From the IMG/VR virus record IMGVR_UViG_3300020578_000011: 64,000 bases of DNA; one strand, 5' to 3'. Position 1 is the stretch's first letter; each line of letters opens with the position of its first letter. The stretch is from a virus. Positions 1-9,907 of this stretch are shown here, in pieces. The position numbers and the translations under genes were made by a program. The notes under the pieces were generated by a model, which ran no database searches, was not told the DNA's origin, and was given only the letters and a program-made list of their open reading frames with translations.

Positions 1-726
1 CTTGAAAATTTCGGAGCTCCAGATCAGCTTCACGCTGAGCCCGCTGCTGTTTCTACATTCGTTCGTCAATTTTATCCACAGTTCCGTTCTGAACCAGGTC
101 TTGCTGGTCAAACTGTTGGTTATGACGTAGCAAATGTCACCACTACTGCAGGAAAAATTGCACTTAAACCAAGTCTTTTCCTACGTCCGCGCCAACAAGT
201 TCGTCCAGCAGCTGCTTCAGCTTCTGCTCCTTCTGTTGCGGGTCTAAGTGTTTCTGGAGCTGCTGCAGGATCAGGATCAGCTCTTTCAGCTGGTAGTTAT
301 CATTATGCAGTAACTTTTGTTAATGACTTTGGCGAATCAGCTCCAATTTTAACTTCAGCACCAGTTTCAGTTACAGCTGGACAAGTTGTTGAATTGACTC
401 TAGCTGGTTCTGTTCCATCTTCTGTCAAGCACATGAAGGTATATCGTGCCGCAAGTGGAGCTGCAGCTTCAACGGCGCAGTTTATCTCAAATCATCGCGT
501 GGGACTCTCCGCTATTAAAGATGCTGGTGCCAAGCGCCCTGGTCTTGGTGAAGCATTCCTTCTTGATATGCGTGCTGAAACAATGAAGTTTAAGCAACTT
601 GCTCCTCTTGCTAAGATGAATCTTGCTGTGGTCACAACTGCACTTGAGTTTCTCTTGCTCATGTACGGAGCACTATTTGTTTACGCACCGCGATTCAATT
701 GCGTAATGCGAAATGTTGGTAAGTAA
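1..726 (+). CDS. Major capsid protein, C-terminal part (5' truncated; SPO1/Twort/A511-like)
   Basis: Frame 1 is open from base 1 (LENFGAPDQL...) to TAA 726. The C-terminus LAPLAKMNLA...LLLMYGALFVYAPRFNCVMRNV resembles Herelleviridae MCP ends. High-expression codon usage; followed by a terminator. Confidence 0.8.
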   Translation, partial: LENFGAPDQLHAEPAAVSTFVRQFYPQFRSEPGLAGQTVGYDVANVTTTAGKIALKPSLFLRPRQQVRPAAASASAPSVAGLSVSGAAAGSGSALSAGSYHYAVTFVNDFGESAPILTSAPVSVTAGQVVELTLAGSVPSSVKHMKVYRAASGAAASTAQFISNHRVGLSAIKDAGAKRPGLGEAFLLDMRAETMKFKQLAPLAKMNLAVVTTALEFLLLMYGALFVYAPRFNCVMRNVGK

Positions 727-752
727 CAAATAGTTAATTTGATTGAATAATA

Positions 753-788
753 TTAAAACGATCAGTTAGAAATAGCTGATCGTTTTAA
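753..788 (+). terminator. Intrinsic terminator after capsid gene
   Basis: TTAAAACGATCAGTTA-GAAA-TAGCTGATCGTTTTAA hairpin with GAAA tetraloop and T tract. Confidence 0.85.
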
Positions 789-861
789 TTTAATCACAAC
801 TAAGATCTGATTGCTAATATAGATGATAAAAAAAACCGAAATATTACTTATCGGTGACATG

Positions 862-870
862 TGGTACAAT
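862..870 (+). promoter_or_regulatory. Late-type extended -10 promoter (TGGTACAAT)
   Basis: TGnTAyAAT-like box upstream of SD AGGAG and ATG 907; the same box recurs before other + strand genes. Confidence 0.6.
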
Positions 871-906
871 AATATTACCCAAGCAAGTGCCTAGGAGATT
901 TAAAGT

Positions 907-1221
907 ATGTCACGTCCCATAAACTTACCTGCCGGCTCTTCTAGAACCTCAGACGTTGGTTTGGTTTGGCGAGAAATAAAAAATGAAACAATTTCTCTTC
1001 TCCAGTTTGAGGTTCCAAAATACTGTGCTATAAGAATACATCCAGAAATAGCTGGTTTAAAAGTATACTTTGATGGCGAACTAGCTGCAACATTAAAAGT
1101 TTCTGAACTCATGTTATTTAACTCCGGCAGAGGATTACCAGATGGCAAAGACACCGTTACACTTGCGGTAACGGGTGCTTGTCAAATTCAGATTGGTATT
1201 GAAATAGATCGCGAAAGGTAA
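907..1221 (+). CDS. Hypothetical protein (probable small virion protein)
   Basis: 104-aa ORF with SD, directly after MCP. Confidence 0.6.
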   Translation: MSRPINLPAGSSRTSDVGLVWREIKNETISLLQFEVPKYCAIRIHPEIAGLKVYFDGELAATLKVSELMLFNSGRGLPDGKDTVTLAVTGACQIQIGIEIDRER

Positions 1222-1225
1222 TATT

Positions 1226-2275
1226 ATGTTTTTAGAATCTTTTCGTGATTTATTAAATAAAAAAATAGTAAATCAAGAATTAAAAAAAACATTATTAAAT
1301 ACAACAGACTCTATCTTAATTGATCATGTCATAGAGACATTGGAAAAGATGGCTAGACATGCTCGTCAGTCAGCAAAAGAAAATATTAGTTTATCTAATT
1401 TTGTTTCTCAAATGGATCCAGATACAGACCATGCAGAGGCTCATTTTATAAGAGATGCAATGGGTCATCATGCCTCTCATTATAAGGCAGCTCTACAAGC
1501 AGGCAATCAAGATCTTGCAAACACACATGCAAAAGAATTCATTAAACTAGGACATCTTGCTCATAAAATAGAGAGAATAGATCCCAGTAAAATGAAATTT
1601 GATACAATAGACTTACAACCATGGCAAGCTACCAGATCAGATCTTTTTAGCGATCCCCATAAGACAAGTGGAGTAGATTTGACCGGCTGGAGATGTCATA
1701 AAAAAATGAAAGGCGGAAAAGACTTTTCCTGGCTTCAGAATCCTCCTCATGCATCTAGATCTAATGAGATTTTTTCTAAACCTCATGAGACAATGACAAA
1801 TCCAGACGGAACCGTTGAGCATCGTTTTCATAATGATGCATTTCCAATGGAGCATGTTAAGATAAATGGAAAACACATACCTATTGATGACGACATAGAT
1901 GTTTCTCATGGTCATTTTACACCCCATTCATTTGACATGCATCCAATAATGAGTGTTTTTGACGAATCTGCCTCTACACATACTCCCGAAAAAGCTTCAT
2001 CATATCAAGACAGATTATCAAAATTTCATGATTCAGTTTGGGGAAAAAATCTTTTAGCAAAATTAGGGGAATTTATATCCCCTGAGCATGGAGCAGTCAG
2101 AGGCTCGACTGTGCATAAACCAGTTGAAAATCCATTACAAAAACCACAAGACAGAAATACACCAGCTTCGCTTGATAGCATTGCATCATCAGAAGAACAG
2201 AAACACAATGAGAATGTGTCCGATCTTCTTGCTGGTCTAGGTCTTGATAATTCAAATCTAGATGAAGAAAAATAA
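1226..2275 (+). CDS. His-rich hypothetical protein, putative internal head protein
   Basis: 349-aa hydrophilic ORF in head module. Confidence 0.55.
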   Translation: MFLESFRDLLNKKIVNQELKKTLLNTTDSILIDHVIETLEKMARHARQSAKENISLSNFVSQMDPDTDHAEAHFIRDAMGHHASHYKAALQAGNQDLANTHAKEFIKLGHLAHKIERIDPSKMKFDTIDLQPWQATRSDLFSDPHKTSGVDLTGWRCHKKMKGGKDFSWLQNPPHASRSNEIFSKPHETMTNPDGTVEHRFHNDAFPMEHVKINGKHIPIDDDIDVSHGHFTPHSFDMHPIMSVFDESASTHTPEKASSYQDRLSKFHDSVWGKNLLAKLGEFISPEHGAVRGSTVHKPVENPLQKPQDRNTPASLDSIASSEEQKHNENVSDLLAGLGLDNSNLDEEK

Positions 2276-2286
2276 CGGAGACAAAC

Positions 2287-3402
2287 ATGCCTGTTGGAGT
2301 TATAAAAACAAAAGCAGATCATAAAAAATGGAAAAAAGCAAAAAAGATTGTCGAAGAACAACACGGCGAAATACGCTGGCCTTTGGTCATGCACATATAT
2401 CAACAAATGGCTAAAGATGACGAACCAAAAGATAAAAATGTTTTAATTGAAAGAGCATTAGATAAACAAGGCAGAAAAGTCGTAATTCCACAAGAGGTTC
2501 ATGATGTGTTAAAACCAATGTGGGAGAGAGATAAAGATAAATTATTAACACCAGAACAAAAACAAAAATTAGAATCAATAAAACAAGCAAAACAAAGACG
2601 TTCTGAATTTAAAATAGTAAAATCAGCAGAAGAATTAAATTATGTAGAAAGTTCTTTAAAAAAAATAAAGCAAGAACTAGATGTTTTTTTTATTTTAGAA
2701 AAAGATGAAAAATCTGGATCAGGAGGATGGAAACCACCATCTGGTTTTGACCCCAAGACCCACCCAGACACAAGCGCATTAATGCTTATTCATGGATTAA
2801 ATCCACGTGAAGCTTCTTTTATGTCTGGTGCTCATACTTCTAATGAGTATTCTAGAGGTAGGTACTTCAGACCAACCCCTCTATCTGAAGGAATGCTTGA
2901 ACATGCTAAAAGAGTAGCTAAACAAAAATTTGAAGAACATGAGCAAAAAAGAAGAGAAACTGCAGATCCGGCTCAAAATCCAGATTTATTTTTACAACAC
3001 AATGCTCAAAGTGTTCACAAGGGATTTAATGGTAATTTTCAAGATGATTTAAAGAATTTTAAAGAATCTGATGAATTTAAAAATTTATCACAATCTGATA
3101 GACCTGGCAGAATCATGCAATGGAAAGCTGATTGGCAAAAACAAAACTTAGAAAATCAAAAACAATCAGCCGCAAAAGCAGCTGGACTGCATAGTGAATT
3201 GGCAGATCATGCAAACACAGAACGAGCTAAAAAATTAATTGAGCAACGTGAAAACATATTAAGAGGCGGAGAAGGAGTTTCTGATTCTTCTTTTTCTGAT
3301 AAGGTTAAAAGAGACACGCCAGATCATAGTGTAGATGAAGATTTAAGCGACGAAGACATGGAAGATATAAAAAATCTCGAGGAAGATGATTATGGACGAT
3401 AA
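2287..3402 (+). CDS. Putative internal head (poly)protein
   Basis: 371 aa, charged; small N-terminal module (MPVGVIKT..W..AK..W..VM.IY..M); hydrophobic-x-K sites (IVKS, LEKD). Confidence 0.55.
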   Translation: MPVGVIKTKADHKKWKKAKKIVEEQHGEIRWPLVMHIYQQMAKDDEPKDKNVLIERALDKQGRKVVIPQEVHDVLKPMWERDKDKLLTPEQKQKLESIKQAKQRRSEFKIVKSAEELNYVESSLKKIKQELDVFFILEKDEKSGSGGWKPPSGFDPKTHPDTSALMLIHGLNPREASFMSGAHTSNEYSRGRYFRPTPLSEGMLEHAKRVAKQKFEEHEQKRRETADPAQNPDLFLQHNAQSVHKGFNGNFQDDLKNFKESDEFKNLSQSDRPGRIMQWKADWQKQNLENQKQSAAKAAGLHSELADHANTERAKKLIEQRENILRGGEGVSDSSFSDKVKRDTPDHSVDEDLSDEDMEDIKNLEEDDYGR

Positions 3403-4120
3403 TACTATACATAAATATTTAGTAAGTAATTATATGCCATTAATGATTGGTGTTATAAGAAAAATGAAAAATAAGGGACTGATACCGCAAGATATGTCTC
3501 ATTTGAGTCCAGATGAGTTATTTCTTGATCTTTATGAACCAGCTGTTCATGGTTTGATGAAGTCAATTCATACTTATGATCCTAATAAACTATCTTTAAA
3601 AACCGGTAATAAAAAAAGTTTTATAGCACATGCTTGGAGCACGATAAGTGGAATAGTATCCGATCATCTTAAAAATAAAAACATAGCATCTGCAGATGTG
3701 AATTTAGCTAGAATTAATCAAGCTAAAAAAGAAAACGCATCAACTCAAACTATTGGTATTAAAGGACAAGGCATAGGTAGAGAGGTAGCAGAACATCTAG
3801 GCGGAACTGTTGGAGAAGAAGGAGAGGGGGTCGGTGGAGTTTCAGTTATTAGAAATCCAGAGCAAGAATTTGCAACAAGACTATCTCCAGAAGCTAAAAA
3901 TATCCTCCAAGCAAAAATAGATAAAGCAAAAGCTAAACTTGGAGAAAAAACACAAACATCGTCAGATCAACCACCCGCCTTACCTTCACAGGTAAAGGAA
4001 CCTTCTTCAACAGAGCCTCAAAAACCAAAGTTAATAATAAGACGCATGGCAAAACCAGATCAAGTTGATCGCATGGAAAGAATAGATGCTGCAAAAGCAG
4101 CATCTAAGAAGCCGGAGTAA
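3386..4120 (+). CDS. Sigma70-family region 2 (FliA/sigma28-like) protein lacking an obvious region 4
   Basis: YLVSNYMPLM...IP..D..DLYEPAVHGLMKSIHTYDP...SFIAHAWSTISGIVSDHLK follows the sigma region 2 pattern (L..Y.PLV...DL...G..GL..AI..YDP...F..YA...I.G...D.LR). The rest is low complexity. Confidence 0.65.
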   Translation: MIMDDNTIHKYLVSNYMPLMIGVIRKMKNKGLIPQDMSHLSPDELFLDLYEPAVHGLMKSIHTYDPNKLSLKTGNKKSFIAHAWSTISGIVSDHLKNKNIASADVNLARINQAKKENASTQTIGIKGQGIGREVAEHLGGTVGEEGEGVGGVSVIRNPEQEFATRLSPEAKNILQAKIDKAKAKLGEKTQTSSDQPPALPSQVKEPSSTEPQKPKLIIRRMAKPDQVDRMERIDAAKAASKKPE

Positions 4121-4123
4121 TAA

Positions 4124-4957
4124 ATGTCAATTACAGATTCTCAATACAATCCGCCGTTTCCTCATGCTGAGCTGAATCAAGAAACACCTCATCCAGGGCG
4201 ATATCTATCGCTTCCAACTGCTCAGACTTTAAGAAACACTAGTCTATTTGGAATACCGTTAAGATCTTCTTTGACAAATCAAGAAATGAGTGATGCTACT
4301 TTAGAAGATTATATTTTAAAATCAATATCTCAATTAGAGCACGAGTTAAACATATTCATAACACCTGTTCAATTTGAAGAGCGACATGATTATATTCGTA
4401 AGTTGTTTCAAAATTCTTATGCTTTTTTAAAATTAAATAATGCTCCAATTTTAAATGTTCAACAAGTTAGACTTAGTTTTAGCAACCAACAAGATCCACA
4501 ACCAGCTTTTATAGAATTTCCATTAGAACATGTTTATGTGGATGCTCAAGAAGGTGGAATAAGACTTGTTCCAGCGTATGGGACATCTGTTTCTGGTTTT
4601 TTATTATCTGCCTTTGCTGGTGCGCAGATGCATGCTTTAATAGCAGCTGGATTAGATGTTTTTCCAGGAGCCGTTAGAGTTAGATACAGAGCAGGCTTTG
4701 ATAAAGATAAGGTGCCTGCTGTTATAGTTGGAATAGTAGAAAAACAAGCAGCATTGTTTGCACTTACGACAATTGCACCACTCATATTTCCGTATAATTC
4801 AGTAAGCATAGGCATAGACGGCGTTAGCCAAGGCGTCGGTACACTTGGGCCTAATTTCTTACAAGCAAGAATACAGGAACTTCGTCAACAAATACAAGAA
4901 GAAAAAGAAGCAGCTAAGACATATTATTTAAAACGTACTTTGATTGATTTTATTTAA
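4124..4957 (+). CDS. Neck / head-tail connector protein
   Basis: V.Y.AG..P motif and SIGIDGVSQ segment typical of SPO1/K-like head completion proteins; position downstream of MCP. Confidence 0.7.
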   Translation: MSITDSQYNPPFPHAELNQETPHPGRYLSLPTAQTLRNTSLFGIPLRSSLTNQEMSDATLEDYILKSISQLEHELNIFITPVQFEERHDYIRKLFQNSYAFLKLNNAPILNVQQVRLSFSNQQDPQPAFIEFPLEHVYVDAQEGGIRLVPAYGTSVSGFLLSAFAGAQMHALIAAGLDVFPGAVRVRYRAGFDKDKVPAVIVGIVEKQAALFALTTIAPLIFPYNSVSIGIDGVSQGVGTLGPNFLQARIQELRQQIQEEKEAAKTYYLKRTLIDFI

Positions 4958-4966
4958 AGGTGTAAA

Positions 4967-5656
4967 ATGACTGTTAAAAAAAAGTCTAAGAAAATAAATA
5001 AAGTTGAGATAAAAAATCCAGATGGTTCTATTTCTAGATACCCAGGTAAAGAACCGCTGATCAAACCTAAAAAAGATCTTTCTAAAACAATTTTAGAAAG
5101 ATGGGAACTTATAAAAGCTGCATTAAATCACGAAGACTCGTTTTTGCCAATGATAAGTCGACAAGCGGTTGTTGATATGAATAAGACGCCCGAGCAAGAT
5201 GCCAAAGAGCAAGTGCCAGCGCAGCAAGAACAAGAATCTCAAGAAGACAAGCCTCAAGAAGACAAACCTCAAGAAGAGCAGCCTCAAGAAGAGCAAGGAT
5301 CAGACAGCCAAGATCCTGAATACGATGAACAAAAATTAATTGAAATGCTTCAGCAGGAAGGATATTCCGATCAGGAAATAGCTCATATAGTTCATGGCCA
5401 TGTTCCATCTCAACCTTCGCCAGAGGAACTTAAAAATATAGAACAGCATCAAAAACTTAGTCATAAAGATGATCTTCATGATGTTACAATTGATCATCAA
5501 AAAGCAAACCACGATATAGAGTTGGATCATAAAAAAAGAATGCTAGATCTAGAGCGCGAGCATGCTAAAAAAGAAAAAGAAATGAGATTAAAGCATTTGG
5601 AAGAAGAATTAAAAACAAAATTAGAGCACCTAAAAAATAAACAATCACAACTATGA
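4967..5656 (+). CDS. Hypothetical Q/E-rich coiled-coil protein (putative internal head protein)
   Basis: 229 aa; (P)QEDK/QEEQ repeats; LIKA site. Confidence 0.55.
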   Translation: MTVKKKSKKINKVEIKNPDGSISRYPGKEPLIKPKKDLSKTILERWELIKAALNHEDSFLPMISRQAVVDMNKTPEQDAKEQVPAQQEQESQEDKPQEDKPQEEQPQEEQGSDSQDPEYDEQKLIEMLQQEGYSDQEIAHIVHGHVPSQPSPEELKNIEQHQKLSHKDDLHDVTIDHQKANHDIELDHKKRMLDLEREHAKKEKEMRLKHLEEELKTKLEHLKNKQSQL

Positions 5657-5693
5657 TATTGCTGTATAATCATATAGTATAAAAAGGTGTCTT

Positions 5694-6647
5694 GTGGAGA
5701 GGTTAATTAAATCAAAAAATGGTCAATGGTCATTGATAAAGGTGGCCGATGAAGTTAAAAATAGAATAGCTGAAAAGGTGTCTAGAATGGCCGAACAAGG
5801 TCAGGGAGATGTCAAAGCAAACACCTCAGAAAGCATTTACAACATCCCTAAAGAAGCAAAGGATTTCAATCCTCATATTCATTTATTTCATCCCAACGCA
5901 TCAGATCCTCTTCATAGATTAAATCAAGATGAGTGGCATAGTCATTTTCAAAACATGATGCAAAATGATAAATTAAACACTGATCAAATAGATACTCTGG
6001 AGGCAGAAAATAAGCGTCGTGACAATGTTATCCACATGGCGAATCAAAAAAAATCAAAAAAACCAGTCTTTGATCCAAGAGCTATAAAAAGAGGCGAGTC
6101 TGATGTAAGATTTGACAATGTAGATTATAAAGTGCGTATAGAAAGAGATTTTGGAGACATAGATAGAATGTCTCCCGAAGATAGAGAAAAAATTAAACAA
6201 CAACACAACCTATCTACAGAAAACATAATGCAAAGAAAAGAACAACAAGAAAAGCAGCAAGCAAAAAATAAAGAACTTGCAGATAGCCACGCTGCTGAAG
6301 TTGAAAGAGTCAAGCATGAAAAGTTTAAAGAAGCTCAAAAATCAATAATGAAAAATTTACCACTTAACGATAAAAAACAAATGGATGACCTTTATAAAAG
6401 AATATCCGGCAGTAAGGATCTTGCAGACAAAATATCAAGATACCTTCACATTGTACATGAAGTCAAACCAGATGGATCTGTTGCAAATATTTCTTACCAT
6501 CTTAAAAATCATGCTAGTGAACAGTTAAACGACTTCGTCACATCAATGCGCGGCGACAATGCTCCGTACACTGAAAATAGATTTGTAGGATTAGACGATG
6601 TAAATCCACATGACACACCTAACTTGATTGATAAAAAGGGAGCTTGA
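5694..6647 (+). CDS. KNGQWSL-motif protein 1 (putative internal head protein)
   Basis: GTG start with SD AAGG; N-terminus MERLIKSKNGQWSLIK. Confidence 0.6.
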   Translation: MERLIKSKNGQWSLIKVADEVKNRIAEKVSRMAEQGQGDVKANTSESIYNIPKEAKDFNPHIHLFHPNASDPLHRLNQDEWHSHFQNMMQNDKLNTDQIDTLEAENKRRDNVIHMANQKKSKKPVFDPRAIKRGESDVRFDNVDYKVRIERDFGDIDRMSPEDREKIKQQHNLSTENIMQRKEQQEKQQAKNKELADSHAAEVERVKHEKFKEAQKSIMKNLPLNDKKQMDDLYKRISGSKDLADKISRYLHIVHEVKPDGSVANISYHLKNHASEQLNDFVTSMRGDNAPYTENRFVGLDDVNPHDTPNLIDKKGA

Positions 6648-6649
6648 TA

Positions 6650-7198
6650 ATGGAAAAGTTGATAAAATCAAAAAATGGTCAATGGTCTTTAACAAAAGCA
6701 AAAGACTCCTCTGGAGACAACGACAACAACGAGATGCTAATGTCTCAACTTAAGCAGATTGTTCACCATGTTAAAGAATTGAATTCAAACATAGATAGAT
6801 CGGGCAATGAGCCTGATTGGGTAAATGCTAAAATCACAGAGGCAGCAAAAGCATTGTCAGATGTTGCTCATTATATCGACGGTCTTAAAGATGTTAAAAA
6901 GACCGAAGAAATGAAAAAAAATATGAATGATGATATGGAAAAAGAAATAAGAAGATTGCAAGCCAATAAAGATGCTGCTGGTAACTTTATAAGACCTAGA
7001 GTCAAACCCGGTAAAGCAAATAGATTTATGCATGGTGGAGTTCAAGGTTGGAATCTATTTGATGAAAGAGTAGATGAAAAAATGCAAGGTAAGAAACCTA
7101 AAAAAGAGTCAACTGATAAAGCAAAAAGCATTCAACAACCAAATACTAAACCAAAAATAGTAATCAGAAGAAAAAAACCTAGCACAACTGAGGAGTGA
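6650..7198 (+). CDS. KNGQWSL-motif protein 2 (putative internal head protein)
   Basis: ATG 6650; MEKLIKSKNGQWSLTK followed by a helical module M..SQL..I..H...PDWV.AKIT.A...LSDV.HY. Confidence 0.6.
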   Translation: MEKLIKSKNGQWSLTKAKDSSGDNDNNEMLMSQLKQIVHHVKELNSNIDRSGNEPDWVNAKITEAAKALSDVAHYIDGLKDVKKTEEMKKNMNDDMEKEIRRLQANKDAAGNFIRPRVKPGKANRFMHGGVQGWNLFDERVDEKMQGKKPKKESTDKAKSIQQPNTKPKIVIRRKKPSTTEE

Positions 7199-7201
7199 TT
7201 T

Positions 7202-9907
7202 GTGTTTCAGAAGGATGAGGAGACAATCGACGTATTATCGACCCGTCATCTTGGTCTTATTCCAGAAGGCCATCCTGATCGTAAAAAAATAGCTCAGCAT
7301 ATTAATAATCTAAGAACATCAAATCCAAATGAAGCAAGACGTTTGTATGATCGTTTCATAAGTGGTGGCGGTAGCTACATCAAAGATAAATCTGAAATTA
7401 ATATTAAAGTAAATAAATCAGAAAATAATATTAATTTAACTTTAAAAAATCATTTTGAAGGTTCTTCTACTTCTCCAACTGAGTACCACTATTCGGTTCA
7501 CAAAAATGGTGATGAAATTGGTCGTGCAATTGTCTTTGATAAAGACCCAAGATCAATACACTCTCAAGGCAAAGAAGGTGCTTCTTTAAAAGATATAAGA
7601 ATAAAACCAGAACATCATGGCAAAGGATACTCTGAGCACATAATCAATTCACTTGTTGAAAAACATGGTCCACTTGCGTCCGATAGTAGAGGAAATATAT
7701 CCGAAGCCGGACATAAGATGTTTAGTAAATATGGTTCTTCAATAAAATCAAAAGAAAATAAAGATTTATATATGTTTGGAGGATCTGTGAAAAAATATTT
7801 ATCTACTGAAAAATTACCTTTGTATTCTGAGTACATAGAACCGCTACAAAAGGGCGAGAAGTTTCCTCATTTTTTGAATTTCATGGGTAACCACCCTAAA
7901 GCTCGAGAAACAGCTCAATGGGTTGATGAAAATATAAAACACAGAAATTTGGCTGAGTTAGCTATGCGTCATGCAAAAACTAAGCCAGAGGGTCTTAACG
8001 ACGAAGAAAAAACTCACATTAAGCACTTTAATGATTCACTGCATATGCCAGAAGTTCAAAAGGCTGCCGGTTCGATAACAAGTCAGCATGATTTTTCTAG
8101 TGGAATTGAGCTATTGAAAGAAGCGGAATCTGCTTATCAAAAAAGACATGCAAAAGAAGCTCCTACGTTAGTTTCGACGGAAGGAGAAAAGTTATTAGAT
8201 TTTGGCGATGGAGTTGGTGTTTATAGACTTCCGTTAAATGCAGACCGTAAAAATAAAAACGAAGCCACAGCTATGGGCCATTGTGCTACTCCACATAAAG
8301 GCGGGGAGTTGTGGTCTATTAGACGTGACCACGGTAATGGAATGGTTGAACCTTTAATATCCATATCGCACGAAGGCGGCTATCTTGGTGAAATGAAAGG
8401 AAAACATAATTGGAAGCCATCAGCAAAACATCACGGACATATTGCTAAGTTGTTGGCGTCCGATAAAATTAAAGGGTTTGTTGGAGGAGGGTATGCTCCA
8501 GAAAGCAACTTTGAAATTTCTGATTTAAGTGAAGGATTTAAGAATAAATTATTAGAATATAAGCCATCTTTAATTCAAAAAGTTTATAAAGAAAATTTGC
8601 CAGAAGGGTTTCAAGGAGACTATAATCATACTCCTGAAATTAAAAGTATTTTTAGTACAAGTGATTTAGCTGCTCAACAAAAATATTTAGCAAAAATTAG
8701 TGAAAATACGGACCAGCGTAGACGTGTTCTCTGGAGCGCAGCAACAAACCCACACACACACCCAGACATTCTTCACAAACTAGCAGAAGACTCTGACCAA
8801 GATGTTGTCTGGAGCGTATCACATAACCCAAATACACATCCAGATACTCTCCACAAACTAGCAGAAGACTCTGACTACGGTGTTCTCTGGAGCGTATCAA
8901 CAAACCCAAATACACATCCAGATACTCTTCACAAACTAGCAGAAGACCCTGGATACGAGTTACGCGAAAACGTAGCACTACACCCAAATACACATCCAGA
9001 TACTCTCCACAAACTAGCAGAAGACCCTTATGTTCGCAAAAGCGTAGCAACAAACCCACAATTCAAAAATTTACCGCTAGAAATACAACAAAAAGTAAGA
9101 CCACTTGTAAATACACCTATTCAAAAAATTATTGCTATGATTAATGATGGAGAAAATAACCCAGACCCTGCTCATGAAGCAACAGAAGAGCTAAAATTAC
9201 GCCGTCAAGAAAAATACGACAAAATTCTTTCTCCAGAAGGAAACTTAAGTGATATTCAGCATTTATCTGAATCACACAATAATAATATTGCAAGACGAGC
9301 TAGAAATGAATTAAAACGCAGAGGATTACAAAAATCAGATCTTGAGCATAGTTTAGAATTTGCTAAAAAATACAAATCTTTAGCCAAGCATGCAGTAGAT
9401 CAAGGAGACAAAGAAGGTGCTACTAAATATATGAAATCTTTATTAATTCATTTACAAAAAAGTTATCAATTTTTAAACAATGAAAGATTTGAAAAATCTC
9501 AAAAAAATCACCCTAAAGGTGGTCTTTCTAGAAAAGAAGCTAAAAAACACGGAATACATGCCGGCATAGAAACACACGATGAAGTTAAGAGAAAAGGTGG
9601 AGTAAGCAAACTATCTAACAAAACATCTGCTCGACGTAGAAGTTTTTGTGCTCGCCACTGTGGGATGAAGCGCAAGTTTCCTAAAGCATACAAAGATAGG
9701 CAGTCAAAAGGAAACAAAGCACTCCGCGTATGGCATTGTGGATCTTGTTCTAATTGGCTTAAGAAATCAATTGGAGCAGATGATACAATAAAATTCTATG
9801 AAGATCAAGACAATTTAATAATAGAATTTGACAATGATGTTCCACATGAAATAGAAACACTTGTCGTCGCATCTATTCTAGCTAAAGGATTTAAAGAAAA
9901 TGAATAA
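7202..9907 (+). CDS. Multidomain polyprotein: GNAT-like, PcfJ-like, LRV-type helical repeats, C-terminal 'RRRSFCAR' basic domain
   Basis: I.PEHHGKGY (GNAT motif A-like); NEATAMGHC..WSIR..EMKGKHN.KP; 26-aa NPNTHPDTLHKLAED repeats; KGGL..RRRSFCAR..KALRVWHC. Confidence 0.65.
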   Translation: MFQKDEETIDVLSTRHLGLIPEGHPDRKKIAQHINNLRTSNPNEARRLYDRFISGGGSYIKDKSEINIKVNKSENNINLTLKNHFEGSSTSPTEYHYSVHKNGDEIGRAIVFDKDPRSIHSQGKEGASLKDIRIKPEHHGKGYSEHIINSLVEKHGPLASDSRGNISEAGHKMFSKYGSSIKSKENKDLYMFGGSVKKYLSTEKLPLYSEYIEPLQKGEKFPHFLNFMGNHPKARETAQWVDENIKHRNLAELAMRHAKTKPEGLNDEEKTHIKHFNDSLHMPEVQKAAGSITSQHDFSSGIELLKEAESAYQKRHAKEAPTLVSTEGEKLLDFGDGVGVYRLPLNADRKNKNEATAMGHCATPHKGGELWSIRRDHGNGMVEPLISISHEGGYLGEMKGKHNWKPSAKHHGHIAKLLASDKIKGFVGGGYAPESNFEISDLSEGFKNKLLEYKPSLIQKVYKENLPEGFQGDYNHTPEIKSIFSTSDLAAQQKYLAKISENTDQRRRVLWSAATNPHTHPDILHKLAEDSDQDVVWSVSHNPNTHPDTLHKLAEDSDYGVLWSVSTNPNTHPDTLHKLAEDPGYELRENVALHPNTHPDTLHKLAEDPYVRKSVATNPQFKNLPLEIQQKVRPLVNTPIQKIIAMINDGENNPDPAHEATEELKLRRQEKYDKILSPEGNLSDIQHLSESHNNNIARRARNELKRRGLQKSDLEHSLEFAKKYKSLAKHAVDQGDKEGATKYMKSLLIHLQKSYQFLNNERFEKSQKNHPKGGLSRKEAKKHGIHAGIETHDEVKRKGGVSKLSNKTSARRRSFCARHCGMKRKFPKAYKDRQSKGNKALRVWHCGSCSNWLKKSIGADDTIKFYEDQDNLIIEFDNDVPHEIETLVVASILAKGFKENE
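8724..9060 (+). repeat. About 4.3 tandem 78-bp repeats encoding LRV-like helical repeats
   Basis: CACAAACTAGCAGAAGAC core recurs with 78-nt period. Confidence 0.9.

Noticed and set aside
7196-7204. Readthrough fusion of 6650..7198 with 7202..9907 (same frame, TGA)
   Set aside because: GAGGAG lies 6 nt before GTG 7202, so independent initiation explains it
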